Below, piece by piece: positions 18,979 to 31,555 of a stretch of DNA of 64,000 nucleotides. Position numbers and translations under genes: made by a program. Source of the DNA: Chthoniobacteraceae bacterium (GTDB taxonomy: Bacteria; Verrucomicrobiota; Verrucomicrobiia; Chthoniobacterales; Chthoniobacteraceae); NCBI GenBank assembly GCA_037190965.1, contig JBBCKI010000028.1, positions 1 to 64,000 of the forward strand, given 5' to 3'. Each line of letters opens with the position of its first letter. Positions within the stretch are counted from its first letter, which is position 1. Under the pieces are notes generated by a model. The model searched no databases, was not told the origin of the DNA, and saw nothing but the letters and a program-made list of their open reading frames with translations.

Positions 18979-19737
18979 CTATCCGCGTTTTTTGAAGCGT
19001 CGATGGATGAGGATGCCGCCTACAGCAAGAAAGAGGAAGCAGGTCGGTTCCGGCACCGGAATGAACGCTCCGTCATTGGTCCAGCGGATATATTCCCATT
19101 CACTACTTCCAAGCGCGTCGACGTCACCGGTGAAGCGGCCGATGAAAAAATTATTCGCAAAGCCACCACTGCCGACGTTTGCGATCCCGGAGAACGCGTC
19201 GTCGATATATAAGGACGCTTCGCCCGAATCGAACACGATCCGGTAGGTGTGGTAAAGGCTTGTATCGAGAGTGATGGAACCTCCGCCGCCCGCTCCGTTA
19301 TTATTCGTGAGCTCCGCGCTATTCTGGCCGAGACCGAACTGAAACTGGACGCCATTCCATCCGATCCCCAGCGCGGTGCCCCACGCTTCGCTGCTGCCCG
19401 TGGTCAGAAGTTTTACGCGGAATTCCAGAGTGGACGCGGGACCCTCATTTGCGCCCCCACCAAACCATTGACCTGCTGCAAGAGCGGCATAGTTAGCCGG
19501 ATTGAGAACGGTGGCTGTGCCCGTGCCATTCAGCGAGGGCGTTCCGGCGACATTCCAATCCGGATCCCAAGGTAAAGCGGGGGCGTCTTGAGGAAGGCGA
19601 TCTCCTTGCCAGTTAAATGCCCAGTCCACACCATCAATCACAGCGGCAGAAGCGGCGTGGGTTAAAAGAGAGACTGCCATTGCTGCGAGAATCATCGACC
19701 GTCGCAGACTGACTTTTGTTGAGGAGGGGGTGTTCAT
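18979..19737 (-). CDS. PEP-CTERM sorting domain protein with lectin-like domain
   Basis: Signal peptide ending ASA-AV; C-term VPEPT + hydrophobic helix + HRRFKKRG. Confidence 0.9.
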   Translation of the reverse strand: MNTPSSTKVSLRRSMILAAMAVSLLTHAASAAVIDGVDWAFNWQGDRLPQDAPALPWDPDWNVAGTPSLNGTGTATVLNPANYAALAAGQWFGGGANEGPASTLEFRVKLLTTGSSEAWGTALGIGWNGVQFQFGLGQNSAELTNNNGAGGGGSITLDTSLYHTYRIVFDSGEASLYIDDAFSGIANVGSGGFANNFFIGRFTGDVDALGSSEWEYIRWTNDGAFIPVPEPTCFLFLAVGGILIHRRFKKRG

Positions 19738-19759
19738 AGTGCGATTTGATGACGATCTC

Positions 19760-19789
19760 TTTCTAGTATCTAATATATCAGATTGTCAA
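19760..19789 (-). promoter_or_regulatory. Candidate sigma70 promoter of the PEP-CTERM operon with palindromic operator in the spacer
   Basis: Minus strand TTGACA (19789-19784) then ATCTGATATATTAGAT (16-bp palindrome with one mismatched pair, 19768-19783); weak -10 TAGAAA. Confidence 0.6.
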
Positions 19790-19905
19790 TGGGGATTTTG
19801 AAAATCGACTGGTCATGGGATCTGGACCCCGCCTCCCAAAGGGAAAATGCTCGAAGCCATCATTGGGACTTGCGAGACGTGAGAGAGTGCGCCTTTCTAT
19901 TGATC

Positions 19906-20580
19906 ATGCAGAATGCAAAGACGAGTGAGGGTTATTTTTCGACCTTGAGCGAGGCTTGTGCCGTTGAAATTATGACCCTTATTCGGAACGGGGAGTACCC
20001 GCCGGGGACAAAACTCAGCGAGTATTCATTGGCAAAGAGGATTAACTTCGGCCTCAGCCCAATCAAGATGGCGTTGAATCGCCTGGCGGAGGGTGGGATT
20101 CTTGAACGGCGCAACCGTTCCGGCACTTATGTCCGGAGCATCACGACGGAGGAGTATTTGAGTTTGCTCGATATTCGCATCCGTATGGAAGGGTTATCGG
20201 CTTATCAGGCGACGACGAAGTTGACCGCCTCGGAGTTGAAGCAACTCGAGAAGCTGGCCATTGAAACAGATGCTTTTACCCATCTGACGACGCCAGGGGA
20301 GGGAATCCAAAAGCTGAAATCGATCCAAAAGGATATGGATTTCCATATGCGCATCGCCCGAGCTACCCAGAATCGATTCCTCGTTGAGATTCTGGATCGG
20401 CAGCATATTCTGCACATCTGTTTCCTTTTTTCGCTCCAGATCAGCCCCGCTCCATCAAAGGAACTGCTTTCCGGCGTAGGGCACGCCCAGATTGTAGAGG
20501 CATTCAAGCAGCGCGATCCCGCCTTGGCGGAGCAATTGATGCAGCGTCACATTGGCCGGATTCGCGAGTTCCTGAAATAG
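19906..20580 (+). CDS. GntR family regulator (FadR/FCD type)
   Basis: IRNGEYPPGTKLSE..LA...SPIKMALNRLAEGGIL...SGTYV; FCD motifs DMDFH and H..IVEAF..RDP..AEQLMQRHI. Confidence 0.9.
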   Translation: MQNAKTSEGYFSTLSEACAVEIMTLIRNGEYPPGTKLSEYSLAKRINFGLSPIKMALNRLAEGGILERRNRSGTYVRSITTEEYLSLLDIRIRMEGLSAYQATTKLTASELKQLEKLAIETDAFTHLTTPGEGIQKLKSIQKDMDFHMRIARATQNRFLVEILDRQHILHICFLFSLQISPAPSKELLSGVGHAQIVEAFKQRDPALAEQLMQRHIGRIREFLK

Positions 20581-20747
20581 CAGATCATCACTTATTCCAA
20601 AACCGGTCCCATCTGCCTGAGATCAAGGTAGCGAGGAGGCTGAATTTGGGAAAGGGGAAGACCGCAAACCGCTACTTTGCCCGAAATCGAGGAGTTATAA
20701 GTCAAGGCCGTGCTCGCTCACGCAAGCGGCTATCACCGGCTGCTTGA

Positions 20748-21109
20748 TCAAGAAACTGACGTCAACAAAGTAGCTCGAAGGTTTGCTGGTCTCCTCGGTA
20801 TGCCATCGCTTTGGCCGAAAATTCTAGATCGCCTTCTTTTTGCTTCCAAAGTTGCTACGCCCGGCGTTCCTCCCGGGAAAGTCTGATTTTGGGACGCCCT
20901 CCTAAAAGCCTCCTTTTCGATCTTCTCCCGCGCCTGCTCCATTTTCGCGTTCAGAACGGGCCAAAGCGACCTCATACGCCTTCAGTGCTTCCTTTCTGTC
21001 CGCGCTCCTAACGAGTGTGGAATCATTTTGCCGCGATAAGCCCTTCCAAATTGGAAGGCACTCTTCGCGGGAAATAATAAACGCCGTTGGCACGTCGATG
21101 AAGGTACAT
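20748..21109 (-). pseudogene. Frameshifted remnant of a DUF6538-type N-terminal domain of a tyrosine integrase
   Basis: Joining frames gives MYLHRRANGVYYFPRRVPSNLEGLI/GKMIPHSL/RSADRKEALKAYEVALAR/LNAKMEQAREKIEKE; begins about 110 bp past the tRNA 3' end; no catalytic domain visible. Confidence 0.6.
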
Positions 21110-21217
21110 TTTGGAGTTCGTCACGCCTGGTTGTCTGACAGCTTGTGTCACAGAAGGGTAGTCGTAACTCGTTGATCCGTCGGGAGTTGATTGATTCCCA
21201 GTCACTTGCGTAAGGAC

Positions 21218-21305
21218 TGGCGGATGGGGGGGGATTCGAACCCCCGGTACCTTTCGGTACACACGCTTTCCAGGCGTGCACAATCGACCACTCTGTCACC
21301 CATCC
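21218..21305 (-). tRNA. tRNA-Ser (anticodon GGA)
   Basis: GGATGGG acceptor stem, D-loop AGTGG, anticodon arm CACGC-CTGGAAA-GCGTG, long variable arm GTACC-GAAA-GGTAC, GGTTCGAATCC, encoded CCA. Confidence 0.97.
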
Positions 21306-21411
21306 CTCGAAAAGAGGACGCGCAGTGTGGTTGGAAACGGAACGGACTTCAACCGAATTTTTTGGAACTTTTGGGGAGAATGCGGACCCGGGACATTGTG
21401 GCTCGGTTTTG

Positions 21412-21427
21412 TGTCTCATATGAGACA
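21412..21427. promoter_or_regulatory. Perfect 16-bp palindrome TGTCTCATATGAGACA; candidate enhancer for a sigma54 activator
   Basis: Palindrome read directly; about 100 bp upstream of a -24/-12 motif. Confidence 0.55.
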
Positions 21428-21498
21428 AATTGGCTCATTTGGTGACGGCGTTTTTTTTGAGGTCTGCAACGTTTGTCTTTGTAAGCTGCTCATAATAA

Positions 21499-23547
<2,049 letters not shown>

Positions 23548-23563
23548 ATCCCTTTACCGATCC

Positions 23564-23593
23564 CGCCGGGGCGGTGTTCGCGCCGCCCCGGCG
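23564..23593 (+). other. GC-rich intergenic stem-loop without U-tract (possible mRNA processing/stabilising hairpin)
   Basis: cgccggggcggtg-ttcg-cgccgccccggcg between dnaK and groES. Confidence 0.6.
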
Positions 23594-23639
23594 TGTCAGT
23601 AATATCAACAACAAAAAACCAAAAGCAGAACCCTACGTT

Positions 23640-23933
23640 ATGGCAGTAAATGTCAAACCTCTCGGCGATCGCGTTCTCATCCAGACGATCGAAGAGACCG
23701 AAACCAAAAAGGGCGGTATCATCATTCCTGACACGGCCAAAGAAAAGCCGCAGGAAGCCAAAGTGATCGCTCTCGGAACCGGCAAGCTCGACGAAGACGG
23801 TGACAAGATCGATTTCGTTGTCAAAGTCGGCGATCGCGTTCTCATCTCCAAGTACGGCGGAACGGAGATCAAAGTGGACGGCGAAAGCTACCTCATCCTG
23901 CGCGAGGACGACATCCTCGGCATCGTTGGCTAA
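23640..23933 (+). CDS. groES: Co-chaperonin GroES
   Basis: [40 protein letters not shown]. Confidence 0.99.
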   Translation: MAVNVKPLGDRVLIQTIEETETKKGGIIIPDTAKEKPQEAKVIALGTGKLDEDGDKIDFVVKVGDRVLISKYGGTEIKVDGESYLILREDDILGIVG

Positions 23934-23962
23934 CCCCAAATCTATTTACCATCCCTACATAA

Positions 23963-25606
<1,644 letters not shown>

Positions 25607-25646
25607 GCCGTTCTTAGGAACGCTGGTTAAGTCCAGTCAATGCTTG

Positions 25647-25686
25647 AGCCGGACCCGGGGAATCTTTCCCGGGTCCGGTTTTTTTT
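25647..25686 (+). terminator. Rho-independent terminator after groEL
   Basis: agccggacccgggga-atct-ttcccgggtccggtt followed by T run. Confidence 0.85.
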
Positions 25687-25705
25687 GATGATCTCGAGGT
25701 TTAGA

Positions 25706-26779
25706 TTAACGGCTCAAGAGGGCAAAGAGCGGTTCGTTAATATAGTAGTTGGTTCGTCCAACCTTGTTCTTTCGAACAAAACCGGCCTTTCCGAGCGCAT
25801 CGAGATATTTCATGGCGGTCGGACGGGACACCCCCAGGTCGCGCTCGATGAATTCGATCTTTGTGTAAGGATGGCGAAACAGATTGTTCAGCAATTCCTG
25901 GCTGTAGAGCTTTGGAAGATCGCGGCGTAAACGCTGTTTGGTATCTTGCATCAGATCCTGGATGCCGCGGACTTGCGTGAGGGTTTCGCGAGAGGTCTCC
26001 TCTACAGCCCGAAGCAGATAGAGCACCCAAGCCTCCCATGCCTTGGCTTCCCGCACCGCTTGAAGCCCTCGATAATAGTCGGACTTCTGCTTTACGATGT
26101 AGCGGCTGAGATAAAGCACCGGAAGGTCCAGCAAGCCATGGATTACCAGGTAAAGCAGATTCAGGATTCGCCCCGTTCGCCCATTGCCATCGTAGAATGG
26201 GTGAATGCTCTCGAACTGATAGTGCAGCACCGCCATCTGTACAAGAGGGTCGGGGGCGTCGGGCTGATCGCGGTGAAAGTGCTCGAGGAAGTTGCCCATT
26301 AAACGCTCCACCTCCTCCGGATGCTGGGGTGGTTCATAGACCACCTCGCCGGTTAGTTGGTTCTTCAACACGGTTCCCGGCAGCTTGCGCAATCCTGCCC
26401 GATTCTCCTCCAGGGCGCTTTGGATCGCGAGGACGTCATCCAGCCTCAGAAATCCTTGTCGACGTACACGCTCAAAGCCGATCTTAAGCGCAGTCGAGTA
26501 GTTGTGGACTTCCTTTGCGGCTGCGCTGGGAAATTGGCCGGAAATTTCATCACCCTGATAAAGTTCGTCCTCGGTCGTAATGATGTTCTCGATGGCAGAA
26601 GAGTCCTTCGCTTCCTGCAGGCCAAGGGTGTCGATCAAAATGGACTCATTTGGAATGGTGCCAGCCGCGCCTTTCAACTCAGCCAGATGGCGATGCGCTT
26701 TCGCTGCCTGTCGCAGCACCTCTGGCGTTTCCAGAGCAACGGAGGTGGGAACCGGCAAGGGATCGAGGCGGAATTTCAT
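25706..26779 (-). CDS. Fic family protein (N-terminal inhibitory helix, C-terminal HTH)
   Basis: HPFYDGNGRTGR catalytic motif; EAKDSSAIEN inhibitory motif; C-term IERDLGVSRPTAMKYLDAL. Confidence 0.93.
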   Translation of the reverse strand: MKFRLDPLPVPTSVALETPEVLRQAAKAHRHLAELKGAAGTIPNESILIDTLGLQEAKDSSAIENIITTEDELYQGDEISGQFPSAAAKEVHNYSTALKIGFERVRRQGFLRLDDVLAIQSALEENRAGLRKLPGTVLKNQLTGEVVYEPPQHPEEVERLMGNFLEHFHRDQPDAPDPLVQMAVLHYQFESIHPFYDGNGRTGRILNLLYLVIHGLLDLPVLYLSRYIVKQKSDYYRGLQAVREAKAWEAWVLYLLRAVEETSRETLTQVRGIQDLMQDTKQRLRRDLPKLYSQELLNNLFRHPYTKIEFIERDLGVSRPTAMKYLDALGKAGFVRKNKVGRTNYYINEPLFALLSR

Positions 26780-26817
26780 ATGGAAAGAAATCGCTGAAAT
26801 TTTTACAGGTCCGAATG

Positions 26818-26850
26818 ACGTGTAAAGAAAAATGTAATTTCTTTACATGT
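26818..26850. promoter_or_regulatory. AT-rich inverted repeat upstream of fic (candidate operator)
   Basis: acgtgtaaagaaa-aatgtaa-tttctttacatgt, 12/13-bp arms. Confidence 0.5.
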
Positions 26851-26930
26851 TATGTCTTGAATTTCAAAAGGGGAGCTTTTTCGTTCTTTTCTCTCTTTCT
26901 CAATTCGCAAACATGCCCTAACTTGCTGTT

Positions 26931-26971
26931 CCGGACGAGATGCGCCGTACCCGGTTACGACAAGACGACGC
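26931..26971 (+). ncRNA. Guanidine-III (ykkC-III) riboswitch
   Basis: ccggacgagatgcgccgtacccggttacgacaagacgacgc fits the class pattern CCGGACGA..GCGCCGUACCCGG...GACAAGACGGCGC; 24 nt before an SMR gene. Confidence 0.9.
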
Positions 26972-26995
26972 GCCAACCTCAACGCACGTCTTGTC

Positions 26996-27316
26996 ATGAA
27001 TTGGATCTTATTGATTATTGCCGGACTTCTCGAATGCTGCTGGGCCGTGGGCCTGAAGTACACGGAGGGCTTTACGAAGCCCCTCATTTCCACCCTGGTG
27101 GTGGCAACCATCATCGCTAGCATGGGATTGCTGGGCGTCGCGCTTCGGACGCTCCCCGTCGGCACCGGCTATGCAGTCTGGGTCGGGATCGGGGTGCTCG
27201 GCACGGCGATTGCCGGTATCCTTTTGTTTAAGGAACCAGCCAGTCTTGGCCGCATTTTATTTCTCGCCCTTCTGGGTGTCTCGATTATCGGCCTCAAGAT
27301 GACATCGCCGGAGTAG
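26996..27316 (+). CDS. sugE: SMR family guanidinium exporter (Gdx/SugE)
   Basis: W..L.IAGLLECCWAVGLKYTEGFTK, LPVGTGYAVWVGIG; four TM helices; guanidine riboswitch upstream. Confidence 0.93.
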   Translation: MNWILLIIAGLLECCWAVGLKYTEGFTKPLISTLVVATIIASMGLLGVALRTLPVGTGYAVWVGIGVLGTAIAGILLFKEPASLGRILFLALLGVSIIGLKMTSPE

Positions 27317-27337
27317 GGCTTTCGGCGCGGTAAATTG

Positions 27338-28669
27338 CTACCATTTCGCGAGAATCAGCTCTCCCTTGACGAGGAAGAGGCCAAGTCGCAGATCGGTAAA
27401 CAATTTCACGGGGATCCCCGGGGTTTCGTCGATGCTATAGCGTTCACGGGAGATCGGCTTGAGGTCGAGATCGAGCGTCGTCACGCCATTAGCGTTGTCG
27501 CGTAACAGGACGGCCTTTTGGTCGGCGGAGTCGGTCAGGTAGGTTCCCTTTACCCATCCCCGGCATGCTCCCTTCGGATTGAAGAACCATGTTCTCGGAG
27601 AAGCTTGCCCGGGGGAGGGGAGGGTCTCTTCCTGCGCCCAAAGGTAAGGCTGGTAGGCACCGATATAGACGTCGCGGGAGCCGGGCATAAAGCCGAATGG
27701 TTTGCCCCCATCGGCGATGATCTTGTTTTGCGGATCGATTCTATTCCAATCGAATCCCGGGTAGCCCACCCAAGGGCCATGCCCGGGTACATTGCGCGAG
27801 AGGGTATCTTTCCCATCGTCACTGGGAATGGACAGGGCGATGTAGTATCCCTTTGGTTCCAGGTCTCTCGGATAACAGAGCCTCCAGGGATCGATCTCCT
27901 TCCTGCGTACTTTTCCGTCGGGCGTCACGAAGACGACGGCGCGCCCCCATTCGGAGCCGATGGAAACGACCCAGCCCTTTCCATCCCGATCGCACCGGGC
28001 CCAGCCGATAATGTCGCTGCCGAGGCTGGAACTCTCGCGATCTTCGGGTGTCAGCGGCGCGAGTTGCGTTGAGCTCATATCCTTGAGGTACTTGCCCTTC
28101 TTCGAAAAGAAATGGAGCGTTTTATCGAAATCCCACAGGTCCGTGGTGACCCATCGCCCGTCGGGCAGGAACGCGCCATACCACTCGCGTCCGGCGCCAT
28201 CACGGCGAGGGACGGTGACTTCATTGACGAGCTTGCCTTCTGGATCAAAGAGCCAGCCGCGTTTGGGAGTCCAGACTTCGAAGCGTGTCTTGGTCATCCG
28301 GCGAATGACCCACGCCGCGCGGCCATAGCGCCCCTCCGGTTGCACGCCGAGGCGGAAAAGCTCTTTGGTTTCCACTTGCGTGATTTCGGCGGGAAGCGGG
28401 ATTTCCTTGCTCGCAACATCGCCTCCTGCGGCAATCTCGTCGATGATTTCAGCCTTGTCCGCGCGCACGGCGGCTTCGATCAACTGCTCGCGGAGTTCCT
28501 TGTGCGCTTCCCCGCCGGTTGGAGATCCTGCCGCGCGCCATTCCGTCAGAAGTTTTGTGGCTTTTGCCTGTTGCTCTTCAAGGTAATCGTCGGTCTCGTC
28601 GGCTCCTCCCGAAAGGGAAAGCAGCGGCAGCAAAATGCATCCAAAAACCCACCCCTTTGGCAATTTCAC
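27338..28669 (-). CDS. Hypothetical secreted protein, Trp/Gly-rich, possibly beta-propeller-like
   Basis: 443-aa ORF with signal-like N-terminus; no motif recognised. Confidence 0.65.
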   Translation of the reverse strand: MKLPKGWVFGCILLPLLSLSGGADETDDYLEEQQAKATKLLTEWRAAGSPTGGEAHKELREQLIEAAVRADKAEIIDEIAAGGDVASKEIPLPAEITQVETKELFRLGVQPEGRYGRAAWVIRRMTKTRFEVWTPKRGWLFDPEGKLVNEVTVPRRDGAGREWYGAFLPDGRWVTTDLWDFDKTLHFFSKKGKYLKDMSSTQLAPLTPEDRESSSLGSDIIGWARCDRDGKGWVVSIGSEWGRAVVFVTPDGKVRRKEIDPWRLCYPRDLEPKGYYIALSIPSDDGKDTLSRNVPGHGPWVGYPGFDWNRIDPQNKIIADGGKPFGFMPGSRDVYIGAYQPYLWAQEETLPSPGQASPRTWFFNPKGACRGWVKGTYLTDSADQKAVLLRDNANGVTTLDLDLKPISRERYSIDETPGIPVKLFTDLRLGLFLVKGELILAKW

Positions 28670-28786
28670 ACCGGCCAGTCTGGCACGGATGGCGGGTCGT
28701 TCTCAATGAAGAACGCTTCGGCCTCGCACGATAAGGCGTGACAGGCGGGCAAGAGCGGGTCTCAATAGGCCGCCTTTCGGTCGCCC

Positions 28787-30172
28787 ATGAAAAAGCACCT
28801 TCTTAGCCTGACGCTTCTCCTTCTTGGGGGAGTCGCTTTCGCCGACGATAACGCGCTGATCGACCTTCTGGTGAAGAAGAAAATCCTCACGCCCAAGGAG
28901 GCGAAGGAGGTTCGAGCCGAACTCGATAAAGAAAAGGAGAAGCCCGAAAAATCGGCGGATAAGCTCAAACTCAGCAGTTCGGTAAAGGAACTTGCTCTAT
29001 CCGGCGAGATGCGGTTCCGCTACCAATACGACAATCTCGACCCGCAGGTGCCGGACTCGTTCAGCGACCAGCAACGCTCTCGCTGGCGGTTTCGCTTGCG
29101 GTTGAACGCCGATTTCCGACTCACCGATAATTGGTTCGGCGGGGTTCAACTCCAGACCAACAATCAGGCCGATAGCGGGTTCCAGACGTACAATGGCGGC
29201 TTTCGGAGCTACGAAATTTTTATAAGCCGAGCCTATGTCGGATGGAACGCCTCCGAATGGGCCACCTTCCTGCTCGGCAAACAGCCCAACCCGTTCTACA
29301 CGACCGACCTTCTCTGGGATCCCGATATCAACCCCTCTGGATTCGTGGAGCAGTTCCAGTTGCACAAGCTTTTCGCCCTGGGCGGCGCGGAGGAGGAGAC
29401 GGTGGGCTACACGAAGGATGGCAAACCGATTACGAAAGAAGGGAAGAAGCGCGAGCTTCCCTGGGAGCTGACCGTGCAGGCGGGGCAGTTCTTCTTTTCG
29501 GACAACAGCGACATCCGCAGGCCGAGTGCCTACCTGTTCGCTCAGCAGGTCCTCTTCAGTTACCGGTTCTCCAAGAATACCAGGCTGACCGTTGCCCCCG
29601 CTTACCTGACCTACAATCCCGCGCGCATCATTGACGCGCGCAATACCCAGCCGTTCACCCGCGAGACCGATGCTCCCCTGGTGGTGAATGAGAGCGCGGA
29701 TCTTTCGCTGCTCCAGTTCCCGGGCGACATTGCTTTTTCTGTTTGCGGGCTGAAGGTCAAGATCCTGTGGGATAGCGTTTACAATATCAAGGGAGGCGAC
29801 CGGGGGCGTCGCATCTATCAGCTCCCCAGCCATAGTACGGTGGATGACATCGCCTTTTTGGCGGGGTTTCAGGTGGGAGAAAACAAGAAGAAGGGGGACT
29901 GGTCCGTGTTTGGCAATTTCCGCCAGATCGGCATGACTTCCATTGATCCGAACCTGAACGACTCCGACTGGGGATTGAGCCGTCTCAACCTGCGCGGTTT
30001 CAAGGGTGGGATTGCTTACAGCTTTACGGACTTCGCGGTCGGGAATTTCAACTACAGCGCAGCTTGGAACGTCCGCAAAAACCTCGTGGGAGGCCAGGCG
30101 ACGAATGGGGCGAATCTCGCCGACGCCAACGCCGTGCAGGTGATTCAGTTGGAGCTCAACGTTAAATTCTGA
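28787..30172 (+). CDS. Putative outer-membrane porin
   Basis: Signal peptide; ALIDLLVKKKILT..EA coiled N-terminus; GEMRFRY, RWRFRLRL, LLWDPDINPSG; C-terminal Phe (LNVKF). Confidence 0.8.
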   Translation: MKKHLLSLTLLLLGGVAFADDNALIDLLVKKKILTPKEAKEVRAELDKEKEKPEKSADKLKLSSSVKELALSGEMRFRYQYDNLDPQVPDSFSDQQRSRWRFRLRLNADFRLTDNWFGGVQLQTNNQADSGFQTYNGGFRSYEIFISRAYVGWNASEWATFLLGKQPNPFYTTDLLWDPDINPSGFVEQFQLHKLFALGGAEEETVGYTKDGKPITKEGKKRELPWELTVQAGQFFFSDNSDIRRPSAYLFAQQVLFSYRFSKNTRLTVAPAYLTYNPARIIDARNTQPFTRETDAPLVVNESADLSLLQFPGDIAFSVCGLKVKILWDSVYNIKGGDRGRRIYQLPSHSTVDDIAFLAGFQVGENKKKGDWSVFGNFRQIGMTSIDPNLNDSDWGLSRLNLRGFKGGIAYSFTDFAVGNFNYSAAWNVRKNLVGGQATNGANLADANAVQVIQLELNVKF

Positions 30173-30195
30173 CCAGCCTGCGAGTGGCGTTGTCT

Positions 30196-30762
30196 ATGGA
30201 GCAAAGCATACATACCCTCCCTCGGGTGCTGATCGACGAAGCCTCCATCGCCGCGCGGCTCGATGCCCTGGCGGTGGAGATTACCGATTTTTATCGGGGC
30301 AAGCCGCTTACTGTCGTGGCGATCCTCAGCGGCAGCCTGCTTTTTGCGGCGGATCTCCTGCGGCGCATTCCTTTGCCGCTGCAACTCGAATGTCTCAATG
30401 TTTCGAGTTACAACGGCCTGGAGAGCAGCGGGGTAGTTCATTTCCTGGATGACCGGTTGCCGAGTTTGGAGGGGAGGTGCGTGTTATTGCTCGATGATAT
30501 TCTGGATACCGGGCTGACGCTGGATGAAGTCCGGCTAAAGCTCGTTTCCGAAGCGGGTCTGGTTAGCATGCACGCAGCCGTGCTGCTGCAAAAAAGAAAA
30601 GCCCGTGCGCGGGAGGTTTGCGCCGACTGGGTAGGCTTCGAGATTGGTGATAAATTTGTAGTGGGGTATGGGCTCGACTATGAGGGGGAGTACCGCAATC
30701 TCCCGTACGTGGGGGTGTTAGAGGCTTCGCAAGTTCGGTCGCGGAACAGTGGAAAATCATAA
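30196..30762 (+). CDS. hpt: Hypoxanthine phosphoribosyltransferase
   Basis: ILSGSLLFAADL, VSSY, VLLLDDILDTGLTL, FVVGYGLDYEGEYRNLPY. Confidence 0.93.
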   Translation: MEQSIHTLPRVLIDEASIAARLDALAVEITDFYRGKPLTVVAILSGSLLFAADLLRRIPLPLQLECLNVSSYNGLESSGVVHFLDDRLPSLEGRCVLLLDDILDTGLTLDEVRLKLVSEAGLVSMHAAVLLQKRKARAREVCADWVGFEIGDKFVVGYGLDYEGEYRNLPYVGVLEASQVRSRNSGKS

Positions 30763-30846
30763 TTTTAGGGAGACGCAATTCCGAGGAGATGGAGCACAAG
30801 TGCGAAATAGCTGAATTCACCGCTTGCCGCTTTAATCAGTACACCA

Positions 30847-31515
30847 ATGAAACTTCACAAACTCTTCATCCTGGCAGCGTCTGGACTTCTCTCCCTTGCC
30901 GGGGTTTCCGAAGCCACGACCATCGGTCTTGCAAATCCTCAGGGGGCTTATGCCATTTGGGATACCTTTACGAGCGGAACTACTTTTTCCGGCGTGACTC
31001 CAGATGGAGGAACGGCGGGGTTTCTTACCTCCAGCCTTTCTCAAAGCGCCAATAGCTCCGGCTCAGGCTTCGGGCCAAATGCCACAGACTATTTCTATGA
31101 CGCTACAAAAACCACGGCGTGGACTGTAGCGGCAAAGGCGGATATTAAAATTACGTCCATTACTTTGCAGATTAAATTGAGCCAGCCGTTTGATTCGTCT
31201 GACGTCGGGGCGTACTTCACACCGCTTCTCTCGTATGGGATTGAGACCGGAATCGGAACAAATGCTCCAACTGTGGCTTCAACGGGTGAAACCGCGCAGA
31301 GTCAAGACGTCAGTGTTGTAACCTGGACGTGGACGGGGCTCGATATTGACGCGAATACTGATTTCTCTTTCAGCTTTGGTCGTGCAGCAGGCAAGCATGT
31401 GGTGATGGATACAGTTGCCATCGACGCGGTTCCCGAACCCGGTACTTGGGCGAGCCTTGCGATGGGACTTGGCCTCCTTGCCGGCGGTCGTCGGTTCATG
31501 CGCCGGTCCAAGTAA
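30847..31515 (+). CDS. PEP-CTERM sorting domain protein
   Basis: Signal peptide ending SEA; Ser/Thr/Gly-rich body; AVPEPGTW + hydrophobic helix + RRFMRRSK. Confidence 0.9.
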   Translation: MKLHKLFILAASGLLSLAGVSEATTIGLANPQGAYAIWDTFTSGTTFSGVTPDGGTAGFLTSSLSQSANSSGSGFGPNATDYFYDATKTTAWTVAAKADIKITSITLQIKLSQPFDSSDVGAYFTPLLSYGIETGIGTNAPTVASTGETAQSQDVSVVTWTWTGLDIDANTDFSFSFGRAAGKHVVMDTVAIDAVPEPGTWASLAMGLGLLAGGRRFMRRSK

Positions 31516-31555
31516 CTTTTTGTTTAAGGGGTAACCGGGTAGTTGCCTTTTAATC

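Noticed and set aside
20624..20679. caaggtagcg...cgctactttg inverted pair as another GTAG REP
   Set aside because: Only 9/10 bp, no internal hairpin and no match to the 41654 REP body
20982..21445. ORFs overlapping the tRNA (20982..21428, 21023..21283, 21191..21445)
   Set aside because: They run through tRNA-Ser; only the parts below 21110 look protein-like and are treated as the integrase remnant
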